DNA from: an uncultured Chitinophaga sp.
Lineage (GTDB): Bacteria > Bacteroidota > Bacteroidia > UKL13-3
NCBI GenBank assembly: GCA_964545895.1
Contig: CAZJHS010000007.1
Coordinates: forward strand, 1-63,052
Direction: 5' to 3'
Length of the DNA: 63,052 nt
Shown: one piece after another, positions 20,151 through 29,909 of the stretch
Numbering within the stretch: position 1 is the first letter of the stretch
How the letters are laid out: each line of letters begins with the position of its first letter
Notes under the pieces: model-generated
Databases searched by the model: none
Told to the model about the DNA's origin: nothing
Seen by the model: the letters and a program-made list of their open reading frames with translations, nothing else
Translations under genes and position numbers: made by a program

Positions 20151-20642
20151 CTATTTACGTTCCCAAATTTCAAACGTATAGCCATAGGCATTTTTCTCAT
20201 CTGGTTGATGAGATATGGCTTGGCTAAGTGTAAATAAAGAAGGTTCTATTGTAGGGAAAAAAGTATCGGCATTAAATGTGTGCGCTATACGGGTAAGATA
20301 AACTCTATTGGCCATAGGCAAGGCTTCGGCATAAATGCTACCACCGCCTGTTATCATCAGTTCAGTTTCTCCTTGCGCCCTAGCGTACTCAATAGCTTGC
20401 TGTAATGAAGTTACCACCACACACCCATCAATAGTTAATACCGCATTTCGGGTAATAATAATATTTGTACGATTGGGTAATGGCCTTCCTATACTATCGT
20501 ATGTTTTACGCCCCATAACAATGCAGTGGCCACTTGTAGTTTGCTTAAAATATTTTAAATCAGCTGGCAAATGGCAAAGCAATTGATTATTTACACCAAT
20601 ACCATTTTTCTCATCAGTAGCCACTATTAAAGAAATAATCAT
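20151..20642 (-). CDS. folA: Dihydrofolate reductase
   Basis: HLPADLKYFK, VMGRKTYDSIGRPLPNRTNII, GGGSIY, DTFFP. Confidence 0.95.
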   Translation of the reverse strand: MIISLIVATDEKNGIGVNNQLLCHLPADLKYFKQTTSGHCIVMGRKTYDSIGRPLPNRTNIIITRNAVLTIDGCVVVTSLQQAIEYARAQGETELMITGGGSIYAEALPMANRVYLTRIAHTFNADTFFPTIEPSLFTLSQAISHQPDEKNAYGYTFEIWERK

Positions 20643-20735
20643 ACCCTTTTATTAATGCACAACTTTACAAAAAATAAGGCATAATACATGCGTTACTTTT
20701 TATCGTCATTTATTTTTGTTAAGTTGGTGTTTGAA

Positions 20736-21239
20736 ATGAAAAAACTACTTTTATTAGCAAGTATAATTTTATTAACCACTGTTTCGTGCAGGCAAGTTTA
20801 TTGGCAACGCAACAAAGTAAGATCATCTGGCAAGCAGCTTAATTATAGCATTGCCGTTGAAATTAAAAATACAGTACCCGAAATTTTTAACGCCAACTTT
20901 AATCAATTACTAAAAGAGAACTGCGAAAAAGAATTTTTGCGCATGGGTTATAAATTAACCTACAAGGACAAGCCTGATTATTTGGCCACCGTTACTATTA
21001 AAATGGATACCTTTTCGGTAAACGGAATCTACAGCTTTGGCCAAGGTACAAGAACCTTTTGGCGAACATACAAGCGAGATAAAGTAAAAGCCATTTTATT
21101 CGACTACCAAATATTTAATATTAAGTTAGCACGAACAAAATGGCTTGAACAAAACGATATTTATTACTTTGATGATATTGACAGAAACGCTAGGCGCAGC
21201 ATCAATATGATTAAGTATACCATAAGATATGGCAAGTAA
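20736..21239 (+). CDS. Hypothetical lipoprotein
   Basis: ATG 20736 MKKLLLLASIILLTTVSC lipobox. Confidence 0.65.
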   Translation: MKKLLLLASIILLTTVSCRQVYWQRNKVRSSGKQLNYSIAVEIKNTVPEIFNANFNQLLKENCEKEFLRMGYKLTYKDKPDYLATVTIKMDTFSVNGIYSFGQGTRTFWRTYKRDKVKAILFDYQIFNIKLARTKWLEQNDIYYFDDIDRNARRSINMIKYTIRYGK

Positions 21240-21240
21240 C

Positions 21241-22686
21241 TTAGCCTAAACTTTTAATCTCGTTTACAAGTTGGGTAAGTGCCTTTTTAGCATCACCAAA
21301 AAGCATGCTTGTTTTAGGTTTAAAAAACAACTCGTTTTCAATACCAGCATAACCGGCTTTCATACTGCGCTTATTTACAATTACATTAGTTGCATTTTCT
21401 ACATCTAAAATTGGCATACCATAAATTGGCGAGTTAGGATCTGTTTTAGCTGCTGGATTTACCACATCATTAGCCCCAACAACTAACACTACATCAGTGG
21501 TGCTAAACTCAGGATTAATCTCTTCCATCTCAATCAACTTATCGTAGCTAACATTACTTTCGGCTAATAGTACATTCATATGCCCAGGCATACGACCTGC
21601 AACGGGATGAATAGCATATTTTACTTCAACACCTTCTTTTTCTAAAACCTCCTCTAACTCATGCACCACATGTTGGGCTTGTGCAACAGCAAGACCATAA
21701 CCAGGTACAATAATTATTTTTTTAGCATACTTCATTAAAATAGCGGCATCGCTTGCAGTAATTTCTTTGGTTGAACCTTGGAATGATTCAGATGTTGCAG
21801 CATCTCCTTTTGCACCTCCACCAAAATTACCAATAAGTACGTTTAACAGCGATCTATTCATTGCTTTACACATTACGATAGTAAGTAAGGTACCTGCGCT
21901 TCCTACCAAAACACCACCAATTAACATTACTTTATTATCATACAAAAAGCCACCACATGCAGCTGCTACACCAGTAAATGAGTTTAGTAACGATATTACC
22001 ACTGGCATATCGGCACCACCAATTGGCAAAACAAAAAGTACACCATACAAAAGCGATAATACCAATACTGCATAAAACATATTAGCATCAAAATTAATGA
22101 TGGCCAAAGCTGATAAAGCAATAATTACAGCTAACAAACCAATATTAATAAACTGCTGAAAACCGAATGATTTATCTTTAACCTTACCACTTAATTTACC
22201 CCAAGCTATAATACTACCAGCAAACGAAACTGAGCCTATAACCATACCAATAATGATAGTTAGTAATTGCCCAGTTATATCCACTTCATGTATTGTAATA
22301 ACAGTTACACTGGGATCTACTTGGCTAGCCATAGTATGTGATAAATGTTGAAATTCAATTAATGAAATAAGCATAGCACAAGCGCCACCCATTCCATTAA
22401 ATAAACTCACCATCTCGGGCATAGCTGTCATTTGTACGCGCTTGGCGGCCAACCAACCAACAACAGTACCTACCAATAATCCTCCAAAAATAAGTGGTAA
22501 GTTTTTAAGGTGATTTCCATCGCCATCAGTATATAAAAATATGGTGGCAAAAATGGCTAGTATCATACCAAATGCTGCTATTAAATTGCCTTTGCGTGCA
22601 GTAGATGGATTTCCTAAATACTTTAGTCCTAATATAAATGTTACCGATGCAATGAGGTAACAAATTTGTAATATATGTTGTGTCAT
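21241..22686 (-). CDS. pntB: NAD(P) transhydrogenase beta subunit
   Basis: QMTAMPEMVSLFNGMGG, IGGADMPVVISLLNS, PGYGLAVAQAQH, HPVAGRMPGHMNVLLAE. Confidence 0.97.
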   Translation of the reverse strand: MTQHILQICYLIASVTFILGLKYLGNPSTARKGNLIAAFGMILAIFATIFLYTDGDGNHLKNLPLIFGGLLVGTVVGWLAAKRVQMTAMPEMVSLFNGMGGACAMLISLIEFQHLSHTMASQVDPSVTVITIHEVDITGQLLTIIIGMVIGSVSFAGSIIAWGKLSGKVKDKSFGFQQFINIGLLAVIIALSALAIINFDANMFYAVLVLSLLYGVLFVLPIGGADMPVVISLLNSFTGVAAACGGFLYDNKVMLIGGVLVGSAGTLLTIVMCKAMNRSLLNVLIGNFGGGAKGDAATSESFQGSTKEITASDAAILMKYAKKIIIVPGYGLAVAQAQHVVHELEEVLEKEGVEVKYAIHPVAGRMPGHMNVLLAESNVSYDKLIEMEEINPEFSTTDVVLVVGANDVVNPAAKTDPNSPIYGMPILDVENATNVIVNKRSMKAGYAGIENELFFKPKTSMLFGDAKKALTQLVNEIKSLG

Positions 22687-22703
22687 GTAAGTTTCTTTTT
22701 AAA

Positions 22704-23006
22704 TTACTTTTTCTTTTTAAACATCTCAAGCATACGATCGGTTACTACAAACCCGCCTACTACATTTAATGTACCTAAAACTACGGCTAAAAAACCAAGC
22801 ACCAATGCTAGTGTTGCTTCTGCTTGTCCCATTACTATAATAGAGCCAATAATTACAACACCGTGTATGGCATTTGCGCCACTCATAAGCGGAGTATGCA
22901 GTACAGATGGAACATGACCTATGAGTTCAATACCTACAAAAACCATAAGTATGAGCAGGTATAAAATTTCTTTGTTTGATGCAATAAAGCTTAAAACTGT
23001 TTCCAT
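22704..23006 (-). CDS. pntA: NAD(P) transhydrogenase alpha subunit, part 2 (membrane)
   Basis: LHTPLMSGANAIHG; NVVGGFVVTDRML. Confidence 0.95.
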   Translation of the reverse strand: METVLSFIASNKEILYLLILMVFVGIELIGHVPSVLHTPLMSGANAIHGVVIIGSIIVMGQAEATLALVLGFLAVVLGTLNVVGGFVVTDRMLEMFKKKK

Positions 23007-23017
23007 AATTGTTGGTA

Positions 23018-24139
23018 TTAATTAGTTGCTATTTGTAATGATGGATGAATAATTTTACCCTGATGAGTAATTAAAGTTCCTTTTGTTATTTCTTCTTCCA
23101 ATTCCCATTTCATACCATCTTTGGTAGCCAAATGTGTAAGGAAATTATAAATATTTTTAGCGTATAACTCGCTTGCGTTTTGAGCCAAAGTACTTGGTAA
23201 ATTTCCTTTACCTACAATGGTTACTCCGTGTTTAACTACCGTATTATCTAATTCGCTTAACGCACAATTTCCGCCTTGCTCCACAGCCATATCAACAATT
23301 ACACTTCCAAGTTTCATTAACTTAACTTGCTCTTCGGTAATTAAAACAGGCGCTTTTTTACCCGCTACTAATGCTGTTGTAATCACTAAATCTGCCTGAG
23401 CTAAACTTTTATTTACTGCATCCTTTTGCTTTTGTAAATAATCAGCACTTACTTCTTTGGCATAGCCACCTTCTACTTTCACCCCTTCTCCTTTTACTTC
23501 AATAAACTTTCCTCCAAGCGATTCAACTTGCTCTTTGGTTTCCGGACGAACGTCTGTTACTTCAACCACTGCACCTAACCTTTTAGCAGTGGCAACGGCT
23601 TGTAAACCGGCAACACCTGCACCAAAAATCAAAACTTTTGCAGGAGTAACAGTACCAGCAGCTGTCATCATTAAAGGAAATATTTTACCTAAAGTATCAG
23701 CACCTAATATTACAGCTTTGTAACCAGCCAAATTATTTTGTGAGCTAAGTGCATCCATACTTTGAGCACGTGAAATACGTGGCATGGCATCCATGCTAAA
23801 TGCACTTGCACCTGCACTTGCAAGTTGTTTTACCACATCAGTATTAAACAAATGATATAAATACGAAATAAAAATTGCCCCTGATTTAAGCTGACTGATT
23901 TCTTCAGTGGTTGGTGCATTAACTTTTATAACTATATCAGCCTGCGCAAATCCATCGGCTGCAGATACGATAGAACAACCTGCATTTTTGTAAGCCTCAT
24001 CATCAAAATTGGATGCATATCCAGCATTGTTTTGTACCAAACAAGCAAACCCTTGTTTAATAAACTGCGAGGCTACAGTTGGCGTTAATGCTACTCGATT
24101 TTCGTTAGGCCTCGTCTCTTTTAAAACAAATATTTTCAT
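23018..24139 (-). CDS. pntA: NAD(P) transhydrogenase alpha subunit, part 1 (NAD-binding)
   Basis: ENRVALTP, RISRAQSMDALSSQ, GAGVAGLQA, GGYAKE. Confidence 0.95.
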   Translation of the reverse strand: MKIFVLKETRPNENRVALTPTVASQFIKQGFACLVQNNAGYASNFDDEAYKNAGCSIVSAADGFAQADIVIKVNAPTTEEISQLKSGAIFISYLYHLFNTDVVKQLASAGASAFSMDAMPRISRAQSMDALSSQNNLAGYKAVILGADTLGKIFPLMMTAAGTVTPAKVLIFGAGVAGLQAVATAKRLGAVVEVTDVRPETKEQVESLGGKFIEVKGEGVKVEGGYAKEVSADYLQKQKDAVNKSLAQADLVITTALVAGKKAPVLITEEQVKLMKLGSVIVDMAVEQGGNCALSELDNTVVKHGVTIVGKGNLPSTLAQNASELYAKNIYNFLTHLATKDGMKWELEEEITKGTLITHQGKIIHPSLQIATN

Positions 24140-24216
24140 TGTGTTATCTTACTTTTTGTAAAATAAATGTAAGTATTTAAGGTTCATATTTCCAAGCTAA
24201 TTATTTTGCAGCCTAC

Positions 24217-25122
24217 ATGATAAAAATTGCCTACCATAATTGCTACCAACATCCACTACCAGAAGGGCATCGTTTTCCTATGCTTAAGTACGAGTTAATT
24301 CCAAAACAATTACTCCACCAAGGTATTATTACACCCGAAAATTTAATTGAACCAACACCTTGCCCCGATGAAATAGTTTTGCTTACACATGATGCCGATT
24401 ATTTGGCTCAACTTAAAAATTGCAGTTTACCGCAAAGCCATATCAGACGAATTGGATTTCCGCTGAGTACAGAACTTGTTTTGCGCGAATTAATGATAGC
24501 GCAAGGAACAATTGATTGCGCATTGTGGGCACTTGAAAGTGGAGTTTCGTTAAATGTTGCAGGTGGCACTCATCACGCTTTTAGAAACAAAGGCGAAGGT
24601 TTTTGTTTACTAAATGATATGGCTATTGCAGCTAATTATTTATTGCATAAAAAACTAGCAACTCGTATTCTTATTATTGATTTAGATGTGCATCAAGGAA
24701 ATGGCACCGCACAAATTTTTGAAGATAATAACTCGGTTTTTACGTTTAGTATGCATGGTAAAAACAACTACCCTTTTCATAAAGAAAAAAGTAATCTAGA
24801 CATAGAATTAGCCGATGGCACCACAGGTAATGAATATTTAGCTTTACTTACCCAGCATTTACCAAACATCATACAAACGCATCAACCCAACTTTATTTTT
24901 TACTTAAGTGGGGTTGATGTACTAGAAACCGACAAGCTTGGCAAGTTAAAACTTACCCAAGAAGATTGCATTTTAAGAGACCAATACATTTTTACAACCT
25001 GTAAAAACGCTAAAATACCTGTTGCAGTTGCCATGGGTGGTGGCTATTCGCCAAGAGTTTCCGACATCGTAAACGCTCACTGCAACACGTTTACAGAGGC
25101 TCAAAAACTTTTTTTTGAATAA
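24217..25122 (+). CDS. Zn-dependent histone deacetylase-family protein
   Basis: HRFPMLKY, GGTHHA, GFCLLND, DLDVHQGNGT, GVD, GGGY. Confidence 0.92.
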   Translation: MIKIAYHNCYQHPLPEGHRFPMLKYELIPKQLLHQGIITPENLIEPTPCPDEIVLLTHDADYLAQLKNCSLPQSHIRRIGFPLSTELVLRELMIAQGTIDCALWALESGVSLNVAGGTHHAFRNKGEGFCLLNDMAIAANYLLHKKLATRILIIDLDVHQGNGTAQIFEDNNSVFTFSMHGKNNYPFHKEKSNLDIELADGTTGNEYLALLTQHLPNIIQTHQPNFIFYLSGVDVLETDKLGKLKLTQEDCILRDQYIFTTCKNAKIPVAVAMGGGYSPRVSDIVNAHCNTFTEAQKLFFE

Positions 25123-25225
25123 TTTTTACTGGCTATTGTATTTTAAGATGGCGTTTTATTATTTCACGCCCCGAAAAGCAGCGGAAATTTATCCCCGCAA
25201 TTGCTTGACAATTATTAAAAACAAT

Positions 25226-25233
25226 TAAATTTG
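25226..25233 (+). promoter_or_regulatory. -7 promoter box for the small basic/acidic protein
   Basis: TAAATTTG followed by C, 25 nt upstream of the ATG; TTG about 20 nt further upstream. Confidence 0.55.
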
Positions 25234-25258
25234 CTATACCGAAAATCTCTAAGTTAAC

Positions 25259-25510
25259 ATGACGAAGCCCAAAAAAAGTACCCCTGCAAAAAGTACTCCT
25301 GCAAAAACAGGTGCAAAAACTGCTGCTAAAAAAGTAGCTCCTAAAAAATCATACGATGAGGATGATGAAGATTTAGATGACGATGTTGATCTAGATACTG
25401 AGGAGGAAGAAGATGATGATGTGGATGTTGATATGGACGACATGGACGTACAACTAGACAAAGGTTTTGGATTTGATGATGACGATGATGATGACGATGA
25501 TGATTTTTAA
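25259..25510 (+). CDS. 83-aa bipartite protein: Lys-rich N-tail and acidic C-tail
   Basis: 10 Lys in the first 30 residues, 34 Asp/Glu in the last 53; synonymous GAT/GAC mixing argues for coding; upstream promoter box. Confidence 0.75.
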   Translation: MTKPKKSTPAKSTPAKTGAKTAAKKVAPKKSYDEDDEDLDDDVDLDTEEEEDDDVDVDMDDMDVQLDKGFGFDDDDDDDDDDF

Positions 25511-25524
25511 TCATCACGTTGTTA

Positions 25525-26070
25525 TTACCTTTTAATCACGATATCAGTAGACTCCGCGGTGTTGCTTAAGTGCAACGCCCGGTCTATCAACAAATACTTT
25601 AGTTTTACGGTGTCGCCTGCATTTAAATAAATTGCTGGTTCAAATTGCACCTCAATAGTTCCTCGTATAGCTTTAAACTTACCTTCTGGTGTAAGTGGCA
25701 TAACACGCATATTCTCACGTAAAGTATCTCCGGTTACATCGTTTATTACATTTTTATAAACACCGTTTTCTTTGCGCAAATATTCAATATACAAGTTATA
25801 GTAAAATAGGTTTACGTTTTTCTTGTTAGGCCCAATTATACTGTTGTAAGGCGCCAAGGTATCTCCTTCTGCTAAGCCTACATCACCATCGCCATCTCTA
25901 AACTTAACTACCGTACCAATCATTTGGGTAGATGAAGTTTGGTCAACATACTGATAATTATTTCCAAACTCAATAGATGGGATTATAGGATATATTTCAC
26001 CACCTTTGCAACCGATTAGCAAAGAGGCTATACCCAATAAAAAAATGCAGTTTAATACAAACAACTTCAT
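25525..26070 (-). CDS. Hypothetical lipoprotein
   Basis: ATG 26070 MKLFVLNCIFLLGIASLLIGC lipobox; FRDGDGDVGL motif; the upstream in-frame extension to 26313 is antisense to the neighbour. Confidence 0.7.
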   Translation of the reverse strand: MKLFVLNCIFLLGIASLLIGCKGGEIYPIIPSIEFGNNYQYVDQTSSTQMIGTVVKFRDGDGDVGLAEGDTLAPYNSIIGPNKKNVNLFYYNLYIEYLRKENGVYKNVINDVTGDTLRENMRVMPLTPEGKFKAIRGTIEVQFEPAIYLNAGDTVKLKYLLIDRALHLSNTAESTDIVIKR

Positions 26071-27037
26071 ATCACAGTCAATACGTTCAAAACTAACACA
26101 TTTTGATGAATTAGCCATACAATTATATAACCACCAAGTACAGCATAACGAAGTACTTGCAAGGTATTTAAGTATGATTAACGAAAACAAGTTGGTTAGC
26201 AGTATGGCAGCAATGAAGTTTTTGCCCATAAACTTTTTTAAAACACAGGCAGTAACCACTGGTAATTTCACTCCTGAAATAATTTTTACGAGTAGTGCTA
26301 CTACCGGAAACATCCCATCAAAACACTTGGTAGCAAACCACTGGATTTACGAAAAAAGCTACCATACAGCCTTTGAGCAATTTTACGGACCTGCTACCGA
26401 TTATACTTTTTTATGCCTGTTGCCTAATTATTTAGAACGCCAAGGCAGTAGTTTGGTAGATATGGCTCAAGGCTTAATTAATGCAAGCCAAAACCCTGAT
26501 AGCGGATTTTACTTGTACGATTTTGAGAAGCTTGCCCAAACATTAACCCGTTTGAATAAGGAAGGGAAAAAAGTTTTTTTGTTAGGCGTAACATTTGCTT
26601 TGATAGATTTTGCAGCACAATTTCCGATGAACCTTTCGGATGATGTTATAATTATGGAAACAGGCGGCATGAAGGGCCGTAAAGAAGAACAAACACGAGC
26701 CGAAATTCATACCTACCTAAAACAGCAATTCGGTGTTACTCAAATTCACTCCGAATATGGCATGACCGAACTGCTTTCGCAAGCATACTCAAAAGGTAAT
26801 GGCATTTTTGTTTGTGCACCTTGGATGCAGGTAATTATTACCGACCCTAACGACCCTTTTTGCATAATGCCAATTGGCAAAGCAGGAATAATTAATGTGA
26901 TTGATTTGGCTAATGTATCAAGCTGTGCTTTTATACAAACACAAGACCTTGGCCGATTATTACCTGATGGCCAATTTGAAGTATTAGGAAGAATGGATTA
27001 CAGCGAAACACGTGGCTGTAATTTAATGTACGTGTAA
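26045..27037 (+). CDS. LuxE-like acyl-protein synthetase / acyltransferase
   Basis: FLPINFFK, FTSSATTG, METGGMKGR, SEYGMTELLSQAY, TQDLG, FEVLGR, RGCNL. Confidence 0.8.
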   Translation: MQFNTNNFISQSIRSKLTHFDELAIQLYNHQVQHNEVLARYLSMINENKLVSSMAAMKFLPINFFKTQAVTTGNFTPEIIFTSSATTGNIPSKHLVANHWIYEKSYHTAFEQFYGPATDYTFLCLLPNYLERQGSSLVDMAQGLINASQNPDSGFYLYDFEKLAQTLTRLNKEGKKVFLLGVTFALIDFAAQFPMNLSDDVIIMETGGMKGRKEEQTRAEIHTYLKQQFGVTQIHSEYGMTELLSQAYSKGNGIFVCAPWMQVIITDPNDPFCIMPIGKAGIINVIDLANVSSCAFIQTQDLGRLLPDGQFEVLGRMDYSETRGCNLMYV

Positions 27038-27070
27038 ACCAATAAAATAAACTCAGTACTTTTTGGGCAT

Positions 27071-27101
27071 AAAAAAACCCGTTAAAAATTTAACGGGTTT
27101 T
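27071..27101. terminator. Bidirectional terminator between the luxE-like gene and tRNA-Val
   Basis: AAAACCCGTTAAA-aa-TTTAACGGGTTTT. Confidence 0.8.
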
Positions 27102-27104
27102 AAA

Positions 27105-27182
27105 TGGTGGGAGCAACAGGGTTCGAACCTGTGACCCCCTGCTTGTAAGGCAGGTGCTCTGAACCAGCTGAGCTATGCTCCC
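27105..27182 (-). tRNA. tRNA-Val(TAC), CCA encoded
   Basis: Reverse complement reads GGGAGCATAGCTCAGCTGGTTCAGAGCACCTGCCTTACAAGCAGGGGGTCACAGGTTCGAACCCTGTTGCTCCCACCA. Confidence 0.97.
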
Positions 27183-27287
27183 ATTTTTTATTAGAACGTT
27201 TTACCCAATATTTTTTTGCTTGTAAGCGTTAACTTTAAAGCCGATTGCGATGTCTTTTTTTCGATACCGTTATCGTTAAAGGGTGTG

Positions 27288-27295
27288 CAAAGATA
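27288..27295 (-). promoter_or_regulatory. -7 promoter box for tRNA-Val
   Basis: TATCTTTG followed by CAC on the minus strand, about 105 nt upstream of the tRNA. Confidence 0.7.
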
Positions 27296-27386
27296 AGTTC
27301 AATGTTTATAAATACAAGTGCACGCTAACTTTTTTTTCAAAATATTTGCAATTCGCTGAACATCAAAAAGAATTTTTTGCGCTAAA

Positions 27387-29909
27387 ATGAAAAACACCTG
27401 GTTAAAATACACGCTAATTACCTTACTAATTTTATTCTTACTTGGATTAAGCTTAGCCGGCTATTTATATTTAAGCAAAGATCGTATTAAAAACTATGCA
27501 TTAGCCGAGCTGAATAAAAACCTGAATACAACTCTTACCATTGGCCAAATAGACCTCTCGCTTTTTAAACAATTCCCTAAAGTAAGTTTAGATTTAAACC
27601 AGGTTCATTTGGCTAATCCGCAACAACCTAAATCGGATTTACTATTTGCGCAGCATGTATACATAGGGTTTAATATTTACGATATTATTCGCAAACAGTT
27701 TAACATTAGGCTTATTGCAATTGATAGCGCCTCCATTAACCTAGTTACAGATAAAAAAGGGAAACACAATTTTGATATCCTAAAAACACAACAAAATGGA
27801 GCAAAATCATCATCAGACAATGCCCTTTTAACCCTTAAAGAAGTGCTATTTAAGGGCGTTGATGTAAGCTATACTAATTACCAAAACAGTCAGTTTTACG
27901 ATGTAAACCTAAAAGACGTTGCCTTTAGTGGCAATTTTACCAACAGCAGCGAAAACATGAGCTGTAGTGGATTAGCGTTTATACGAACACTAAAATCAGC
28001 CCAACTAAAATTGCTTAAAAATAAATTACTTACGCTTGATTTAGCTGTAAATATTGACCACAAAACACAAACCTACACCATTGCTAAAGGCAATTTTGAT
28101 ATTGACTTGCTTCAGCTTGAAAGCAAAGGCAGCATTAGCAATAAAGGGAAAGGCATAACCTATGATTTAGATTTTGGCGCACGAAACCTAAAAATACAAT
28201 CGCTTTTAAGTTTAATACCTGTTAATATTTCGTTACCCGATAACCTGAGCAGTGATGGTGAATTGTTTTTTACAGGAAGTATTCGTGGTACCCAAGATAA
28301 AAAAAACAACCCTGCTATTGATTTTAAATTTGGGGTAAAAAATGGCTGGGTAAAAAACACCGATGGGTTTGCTATCAACCAAATAAACTTTACGGGTTTA
28401 ATGACTAATGGCATTAAACATCAAGCATCCACATCAAGCGTTAAATTAAACAATTTAACACTACGTATTGGCAGTGGAAACATATCAGGAAACCTTGCAG
28501 TAAACAACCTAAGTAACCCCGATTTAAAACTGGATTTAAACGGAAACTTAGCAGCCGAAGATGTACTTAACTTTATTGGCAAAAAAACAATTGCTACTGC
28601 AACTGGAGATATTAAGTTTAACATTGGGTTTGATGGCAATTTAAACCAACTAACTAAAACCAGCTGGACCCAAAACCAATCGGTTGGCGAACTTGAACTT
28701 AACTTAAGTAATTTACAGCTGGCCAATCAAAATAAAATAGTAAAAACAGTAAAGGCGCAACTTAGCATTAACAATAAAGATGTATTGATTAAAGCCTTTG
28801 ATGCTAACATTGATCAATCTGATGTGCATGTGAGTGGTTCGTTAAACAACCTTATCCCTTACTTGCTTCAGCCTAACCAAGATCTTCAAGCCAATATTAT
28901 TTATCAATCTACTTACCTTGATTTAAACCATTTTATGATGCCTACTTCGGCATCATCAACAGATAGTAATAATGCTGCTATTGCGCTTCCTGAGCACATA
29001 AGCATTAAAGCTCAAATAAAAACCAACGAGTTTGTTTACAATTTATTTAATGCTAAAAATGTACAGGCCGAACTTACTTGGAAAGATAAAATTATTACTG
29101 TTGATGATTTAAGTGCAGAAACTTTGGATGGACGTTTGAAACTAAATGGACAGATTGAGAATGCACAAGATGGCCGTTTTTTACTAACTGCAGATGCTAC
29201 CTTAGCTGATATTAATATTACCAAATTATTTAAATCGTGTGCTGATTTTGGCCAACAAGAAATTACCCAAAAACATTTAAAGGGTAACTTAAGTGGCACT
29301 ATTAACTTGGCAAGCGTGTGGAGTGCAGAGCTAACTTGCGACTTGAACAAACTTTATGTGTTGAGCAAAATACAAATTACCAATGGCGAGCTAAATGGCT
29401 ACGAACCACTTAAAGCGCTTAGTAAATTTATTGATGTAAACGATTTGGAGAAATTAAAGTTTGCCGAAATTAAAAACAGCATTGAGATTAAAAACAAAAC
29501 GATTTTTATACCTCAGTTTGATGTAAAAAACAACGCACTTAACATTACATTAAGTGGCACACATACGTTTGATAATTTTGTAGATTATAAATTAAAACTT
29601 AAGCTAAGCGAATTGCTAAAAAACAAACGCAAAGCTGTTTCTGCTAACAACGAGTTTAACGAAGAAGAAGTTACAGCCGACAAAGGTGTAAACCTTTATT
29701 TAAGCATGAAAGGACCGATTAGCAACATAAAAATTAGCTACGATAAAATAGGAACCAAGCAAAAAATCACCCAAGAGTTGAAACAAGAAAAACAAAACAT
29801 TAAAGAGATATTGAAGAAAGAATTAGGTATTTCAACGGGCGACAAAAAGGAAAACGAAATTAAGGAGAAGAAAAACGATACAGACGAATTGGAGTTTGAA
29901 CCTGAGTAA
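27387..29909 (+). CDS. Second AsmA-like family protein
   Basis: N-terminal TM, FPKVSLDL, beta-rich repeats, LSGTHTFDNFVDY C-terminal segment. Confidence 0.75.
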   Translation: MKNTWLKYTLITLLILFLLGLSLAGYLYLSKDRIKNYALAELNKNLNTTLTIGQIDLSLFKQFPKVSLDLNQVHLANPQQPKSDLLFAQHVYIGFNIYDIIRKQFNIRLIAIDSASINLVTDKKGKHNFDILKTQQNGAKSSSDNALLTLKEVLFKGVDVSYTNYQNSQFYDVNLKDVAFSGNFTNSSENMSCSGLAFIRTLKSAQLKLLKNKLLTLDLAVNIDHKTQTYTIAKGNFDIDLLQLESKGSISNKGKGITYDLDFGARNLKIQSLLSLIPVNISLPDNLSSDGELFFTGSIRGTQDKKNNPAIDFKFGVKNGWVKNTDGFAINQINFTGLMTNGIKHQASTSSVKLNNLTLRIGSGNISGNLAVNNLSNPDLKLDLNGNLAAEDVLNFIGKKTIATATGDIKFNIGFDGNLNQLTKTSWTQNQSVGELELNLSNLQLANQNKIVKTVKAQLSINNKDVLIKAFDANIDQSDVHVSGSLNNLIPYLLQPNQDLQANIIYQSTYLDLNHFMMPTSASSTDSNNAAIALPEHISIKAQIKTNEFVYNLFNAKNVQAELTWKDKIITVDDLSAETLDGRLKLNGQIENAQDGRFLLTADATLADINITKLFKSCADFGQQEITQKHLKGNLSGTINLASVWSAELTCDLNKLYVLSKIQITNGELNGYEPLKALSKFIDVNDLEKLKFAEIKNSIEIKNKTIFIPQFDVKNNALNITLSGTHTFDNFVDYKLKLKLSELLKNKRKAVSANNEFNEEEVTADKGVNLYLSMKGPISNIKISYDKIGTKQKITQELKQEKQNIKEILKKELGISTGDKKENEIKEKKNDTDELEFEPE

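Noticed and set aside
22704-24139. Split pntA as a frameshifted pseudogene
   Set aside because: The three-gene transhydrogenase arrangement is well known, and both parts have clean starts and stops.
25249-25461. Ser-rich minus-strand ORF
   Set aside because: Shadow of the GAT/GAC-rich acidic protein on the plus strand.
26045-27037. luxE-like gene as evidence of bioluminescence, or as part of the left-end signalling circuit
   Set aside because: No luxCDAB in the window, and it lies 22 kb from the kinase cluster with unrelated neighbours.
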